In this document: positions 6,594 to 10,113 of the stretch, one piece after another
Position numbering within the stretch: position 1 is the stretch's first letter
Layout of the letters: each line of letters opens with the position of its first letter
Assembly: GCA_049699855.1 (NCBI GenBank)
Contig: JBNAWM010000055.1
Coordinates: forward strand, 1-10,113
DNA from: Candidatus Cryosericum sp.
GTDB taxonomy: Bacteria; Caldisericota; Caldisericia; Cryosericales; Cryosericaceae
DNA length: 10,113 bases
Direction of reading: 5' to 3'
Notes under the pieces: generated by a model
Told to the model about the DNA's origin: nothing
The model's database searches: none
Seen by the model: the letters and a program-made list of their open reading frames with translations, nothing else
Made by a program: the position numbers and the translations under genes

Positions 6594-7500
6594 CGACCGG
6601 CGGGAACTGATCCGCGAACGCGCCTTCACCGCTGCCGGACTGACAGCAGCGATCGCGCTTGTCGCCACCATCGTGCTGTTTCTCATCCAGCTTTTTGTCA
6701 CCTCGCGGGCATCCCGCTCCGCCTTTGGCCTTCCATTCCTGTGGAACAGCCAGTGGAACCCGGTTACCGAGCAGTTCGGCGCCCTCCCCATGATCGTCGG
6801 GACCCTTGTCACCGGCTTCGGAGCCCTTCTCATCTCCACTCCGTTTGCTCTGGGCATCGCCATCTTTTTGGCTGACTACGCAGGCAAGCGAGCCGCGAGT
6901 CCCATCAAGTACATGATCAGCCTGCTGGGCGGCCTGCCATCCGTCATCTTCGGCCTCTGGGGCCTGTTCGTCCTGGTTCCCCTCGTCGGCAAGTTCGAAG
7001 TGTGGTTTGGCAAGCTGGTGGGCAGCCAGGCGCTGGTTGCCAGCGGTACGACGGGCGTGGGCTTGCTGGCGGCCATCCTCCTGCTGGCGATCATGATCCT
7101 GCCCTTCAGTTCCTCTCTCATCCTCGAGTCCCTGCTGGTGGTCCCCACGGAGCTGAAGGAGGGGGCACTCGCGCTGGGCGCAACCAAGTGGGACACCATC
7201 CAGAGTGTCGAACTGCCGTATATCCGCAAGAGCACGGTGGGCGCCCTTGTACTGGCGCTGGGGCGCGCGCTGGGCGAGACGATGGCGGTCACCATGGTCA
7301 TCGGCAACGGCATGAAGATGCCGACCTCGCTGTTTGACCCGGGAAACACGCTGGCCTCGGCCATCGCCAATCAGTTCCTTGAGGCCACCTCTCCCGTCTA
7401 CATCGCGTCGCTCGTTCAGCTTGCCCTGATTCTGTTCGTCATCGCCATCGTCATCAACGTCGCTGCGCGCATCATTCTGCGGCAAGGAGTCCAGCAGTGA
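6571..7500 (+). CDS. pstC: Phosphate ABC transporter permease PstC
   Basis: Multi-TM protein with WNP..EQFGALPMIVGTL, GLPSVIFGLWG, EAA-loop LKEGALALGATKW and LGRALGETMAVTMVIGN. The start overlaps pstS3 by 23 nt and has no evident SD, so the exact start is uncertain. Confidence 0.95.
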   Translation: MAAQPSRSDRRELIRERAFTAAGLTAAIALVATIVLFLIQLFVTSRASRSAFGLPFLWNSQWNPVTEQFGALPMIVGTLVTGFGALLISTPFALGIAIFLADYAGKRAASPIKYMISLLGGLPSVIFGLWGLFVLVPLVGKFEVWFGKLVGSQALVASGTTGVGLLAAILLLAIMILPFSSSLILESLLVVPTELKEGALALGATKWDTIQSVELPYIRKSTVGALVLALGRALGETMAVTMVIGNGMKMPTSLFDPGNTLASAIANQFLEATSPVYIASLVQLALILFVIAIVINVAARIILRQGVQQ

Positions 7501-8333
7501 CGGGCCGCAAGCTCAAGAACAGCGTCATGAGTCTGCTGGTGGCGGCATCCGCCTTCCTGCTGATCGCCGTGCTCGTCATCATCCTGTGGCACATCTTCAT
7601 CTCGGGCGTGCGGTACCTGAACTGGGACTTTTTCACCAAGGCCCCCGCCCCGATGGGCGAGACCGGAGGCGGCGTGTTCAACGCTATCGTCGGCACCTTC
7701 CTCATCACCCTGGTGGCGGCCGCCATTGGAACGCCGTTTGGCATGTTTGCCGGCATCTATGTTTCGGAGCACCGCGGCCAGCGGTTTGCGGACATCGTGC
7801 GCCTGTGCGCGGACGCCTTGCAGGGGGTGCCATCCATCGTCATCGGCATCTTCGGCTACACCTTCCTGGTTGCCCGGTTCCGCAGCTACTCCGCGCTCTC
7901 GGCCAGCATCGCCCTCGCCTTCATGTTCGTCCCAACCACGGCACGCGTCACCGAGGAAGTGCTGAACCTGGTCCCCTCGGGCCTCAAGGAGGCAGCGTAC
8001 GCACTGGGAGCCAGGCGCTCCAGCGTCGTGTGGAACGTCAGCATCAGGACCGCCGCGGCCGGCATCACCTCCGGGCTCATGACCTCCATGGCCCGCGTGG
8101 CTGGCGAAACCGCTCCCTTGCTGTTCACGGCCTTTGGCAGCCGCTACATCGAATGGAACATGCTGCGCCCGATGTCGGCCCTGCCCCTGCAGATCTACAT
8201 CTATGCAAGCAGTCCGTATCCTGCTCTCCAGCAGCAGGCCTGGAGCGCCGCCTTCGTCCTTGTCCTGCTCATCCTCCTGCTCCAGTACGGCGCCAGACAT
8301 TTCATCGCCCGCGTCCTGCGGGTGAAGGCATAA
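7497..8333 (+). CDS. pstA: Phosphate ABC transporter permease PstA
   Basis: GTG start overlapping the pstC stop, SD AAGGAG 7484-7489. Motifs GGVFNAIVGT, GVPSIVIGIFG, LKEAAYALGA, ARVAGETAPLLFT. Confidence 0.95.
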   Translation: MTGRKLKNSVMSLLVAASAFLLIAVLVIILWHIFISGVRYLNWDFFTKAPAPMGETGGGVFNAIVGTFLITLVAAAIGTPFGMFAGIYVSEHRGQRFADIVRLCADALQGVPSIVIGIFGYTFLVARFRSYSALSASIALAFMFVPTTARVTEEVLNLVPSGLKEAAYALGARRSSVVWNVSIRTAAAGITSGLMTSMARVAGETAPLLFTAFGSRYIEWNMLRPMSALPLQIYIYASSPYPALQQQAWSAAFVLVLLILLLQYGARHFIARVLRVKA

Positions 8334-8345
8334 GGAAGGCACACC

Positions 8346-9110
8346 ATGGAAGATTCTCTCATCGCCCTCGAAACCCAGAAGGTCAATGCGTGGTTTGGCA
8401 AGGAGCAGATCCTGTTCGACGTGTCTGCGCGCATCCCCAGGAAGCGGGTGACCGCCGTCATGGGCCCTTCTGGATGCGGCAAGACCACCTTTGTGCGGAC
8501 ACTCAACGGACTGCACCTCATGACCCCGGGAGCGCGTTCGTCGGGGACGGTTCTGCTCGAGGGTGTCGACACGGCGACCATGGACATCGTGGACGTCCGC
8601 AAGCACATCGGCATGGTGTTCCAGAGGCCCAATCCCTTCCCCACCATGACCGTCTACGAAAACGTGCTGGCCGGCTATCGCCTCACGGGACAGCGGCTGT
8701 CGCGGGAACGGGCGGACGAGATAGTCGAGAAGACGCTCACCAAAGTCGGGCTGTGGACCGAAGTCCAGACAAAGCTGTTCAAGGCGGGCACCTCCCTCTC
8801 GGGAGGGCAGCAGCAACGGCTGTGCATCGCCCGCACCATCGCCATGGAACCGGCGGTCGTGCTGTTCGACGAGCCGACCAGCGCACTGGATCCCAAGTCC
8901 ACCGCGATCATCGAGGAACTGCTGTCGTCTCTCAAGACCGACTATACTATCCTGTTTGTGACCCACGGCCTTCAACAGGCAGCGCGCATTTCGGATTACG
9001 TCGCCTTCTTCATGATGGGCGAGCTGGTGGAGTTCGGCGAAACCCAGCGCGTCTTCGTCGGACCGCAGGACAAGCGCACCGAGGATTACCTGTCCGGCAA
9101 GTACGGATGA
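8346..9110 (+). CDS. pstB: Phosphate ABC transporter ATP-binding protein PstB
   Basis: Walker A GPSGCGKTT, IGMVFQRPNPFP, signature LSGGQQQRLCIAR, Walker B VVLFDEPTSALDP, H-loop VTH, C-terminal RTEDYLSGKYG. Confidence 0.97.
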   Translation: MEDSLIALETQKVNAWFGKEQILFDVSARIPRKRVTAVMGPSGCGKTTFVRTLNGLHLMTPGARSSGTVLLEGVDTATMDIVDVRKHIGMVFQRPNPFPTMTVYENVLAGYRLTGQRLSRERADEIVEKTLTKVGLWTEVQTKLFKAGTSLSGGQQQRLCIARTIAMEPAVVLFDEPTSALDPKSTAIIEELLSSLKTDYTILFVTHGLQQAARISDYVAFFMMGELVEFGETQRVFVGPQDKRTEDYLSGKYG

Positions 9111-9128
9111 CAGGAAAGGAGTCAACCC

Positions 9129-9803
9129 ATGCACGAAGAGAAGCTGCAGGAGATTAAGGACAAGCTGTTTGCGTTCAGCGCCCTGGCCAGTTCCATGGTC
9201 GAGAAGGCGACCAGAGCGATCGTCACCAAGGACGAGACACTTGTGAACGAGGTCATCGACGTCGATGAACCGATGGCGAATGAGTTCGACCACACCATCG
9301 AGCGCGAGACCATCAACTTCATCGCCCTCTATCAGCCCGAGGCCCGGACCCTGCGCAACGTGTACATGTACGCCAAGATCGGCACCGACCTCGAGCGCCT
9401 GGCCGACCACGGCGTCAATATCGCGAGGAGCGCCCGCTACCTCATCGCGCGTCCGGACATCAAGCCATACATCGATATCCCGCGCATGAGCGCCGAGGCA
9501 CAGAAGATGCTGGCCGATGCCATGACGGCGTTCTCGACCCAGAACACCCGCCTCGCCATCGATGTCGTGGAACGCGACGACATTGTCGACAACCTGAGCC
9601 AGCAGATCCTCCGCGAACTGCTGACCTACATGATGGCCGACCCGAGCACCATCGACCGCTCCCTGCAGATCCTGCACGTAAGCGGCAATCTTGAGCGCGT
9701 CGCCGACCTGGCCACCAACATCGCCGAAGACGTCGTCTTTGCCACGACCGGGCGCCTCATCCGCCACAACCGCCTCACCAAGGAGGAACTCGACAAGCTG
9801 TAA
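9129..9803 (+). CDS. phoU: Phosphate signalling complex protein PhoU
   Basis: Two PhoU repeats (QPEARTLR, DLERLADHGVNIA; NLERVADLATNIAEDVVF). SD AAGGAG 9116-9121. Follows pstB. Confidence 0.96.
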   Translation: MHEEKLQEIKDKLFAFSALASSMVEKATRAIVTKDETLVNEVIDVDEPMANEFDHTIERETINFIALYQPEARTLRNVYMYAKIGTDLERLADHGVNIARSARYLIARPDIKPYIDIPRMSAEAQKMLADAMTAFSTQNTRLAIDVVERDDIVDNLSQQILRELLTYMMADPSTIDRSLQILHVSGNLERVADLATNIAEDVVFATTGRLIRHNRLTKEELDKL

Positions 9804-9864
9804 CATTCGGGACGGTTCCAAATGTTACACTGCGAGGGGTGCTTCTGTTCCAAAATGTTACAGC
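9797..9864. repeat. Three-copy ~15-bp motif TGTAACATT(Y/TT)GGRAC: one forward and two reverse copies
   Basis: Forward TGTAACATTCGGGAC 9799-9813, which includes the phoU stop. Reverse copies read GTTCCAAATGTTACA 9815-9829 and GTTCCAAAATGTTACA 9847-9862 on the + strand. Confidence 0.8.
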
Positions 9865-9866
9865 AG

Positions 9867-9894
9867 TTGCCACCGCGCCATTCCTGGGCATACT
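9867..9894 (+). promoter_or_regulatory. Candidate sigma70 promoter for the thrC-like gene
   Basis: TTGCCA 9867-9872, 16-nt spacer, CATACT 9889-9894, then SD GAGGTG 9901-9906. Confidence 0.4.
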
Positions 9895-9911
9895 GAACGT
9901 GAGGTGTGCCC

Positions 9912-10113
9912 ATGAAGAGACAATTGAAGTGTGTGCGGTGTGGATCAACCTATCCTCTCGAAGAAAAGCGTCTCCGGTGCGACTGCGGCGGACTGCTGGA
10001 CGTCCAGATCGACTTGGACGACGCCCCCTCTCCTGGTGGGCTCGCCGCAACATTCAAGTCGCGGCTCTCGTCCCCCCTCCCTGAGGACCTCTCCGGTGTC
10101 TGGCGCTACCGTG
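9912..10113 (+). CDS. thrC: Threonine synthase-like PLP enzyme, N-terminal part (runs off the window end)
   Basis: Manual translation: MKRQLKCVRCGSTYPLEEKRLRCDCGGLLDVQIDLDDAPSPGGLAATFKSRLSSPLPEDLSGVWRYR. The CxxC...CxCGGLL Zn-ribbon and SGVWRYR are typical of a threonine synthase N-terminus. SD GAGGTG lies 5 nt before the ATG. Only 67 codons are visible. Confidence 0.75.
   Translation, partial: MKRQLKCVRCGSTYPLEEKRLRCDCGGLLDVQIDLDDAPSPGGLAATFKSRLSSPLPEDLSGVWRYR

Noticed and set aside
5253..6863. 536-aa minus-strand ORF (also 1316-2482, 2824-3765, 6556-7485)
   Set aside because: These are antisense shadows of pstS3, phoR, pstS1 and pstC, with no domain signatures.
7586..9157. 523-aa alternative-frame + strand ORF
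   Set aside because: It overlaps pstA and pstB out of frame, and its Arg/His/Pro-rich composition is typical of off-frame translation of GC-rich DNA.
7416..9821. 801-aa minus-strand ORF
   Set aside because: It lies antisense to well-supported pstA, pstB and phoU and has no recognisable motifs. Long shadow ORFs are expected from GC-rich codon bias.
9839..10084. 81-aa + strand ORF in the track
   Set aside because: It is out of frame with the better supported thrC-like ORF starting at 9912 and has no SD or motif.

Overview
GC-rich bacterial window, all genes on the + strand, containing a complete phosphate sensing and uptake locus: phoB/phoP-type response regulator, PhoR-type kinase, three tandem pstS paralogues, pstC, pstA, pstB and phoU, followed by the 5' end of a threonine-synthase-like gene missing from the ORF track. 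The three PstS proteins differ in architecture. PstS1 is a divergent lipoprotein translationally coupled to phoR. PstS2 has a Sec/SPI signal peptide and a tandem copper-amine-oxidase-N-terminal-like ('stalk') domain, and sits behind a 4 x 11-bp Pho-box-like array. PstS3 is a lipoprotein behind a 2-repeat box and overlaps pstC. Other notable points are a probable non-canonical ATC start for phoB, a perfect 14-bp palindrome in the phoBR promoter, and a three-copy inverted/direct repeat between phoU and thrC. All calls are from reading the sequence by eye; no searches were run.
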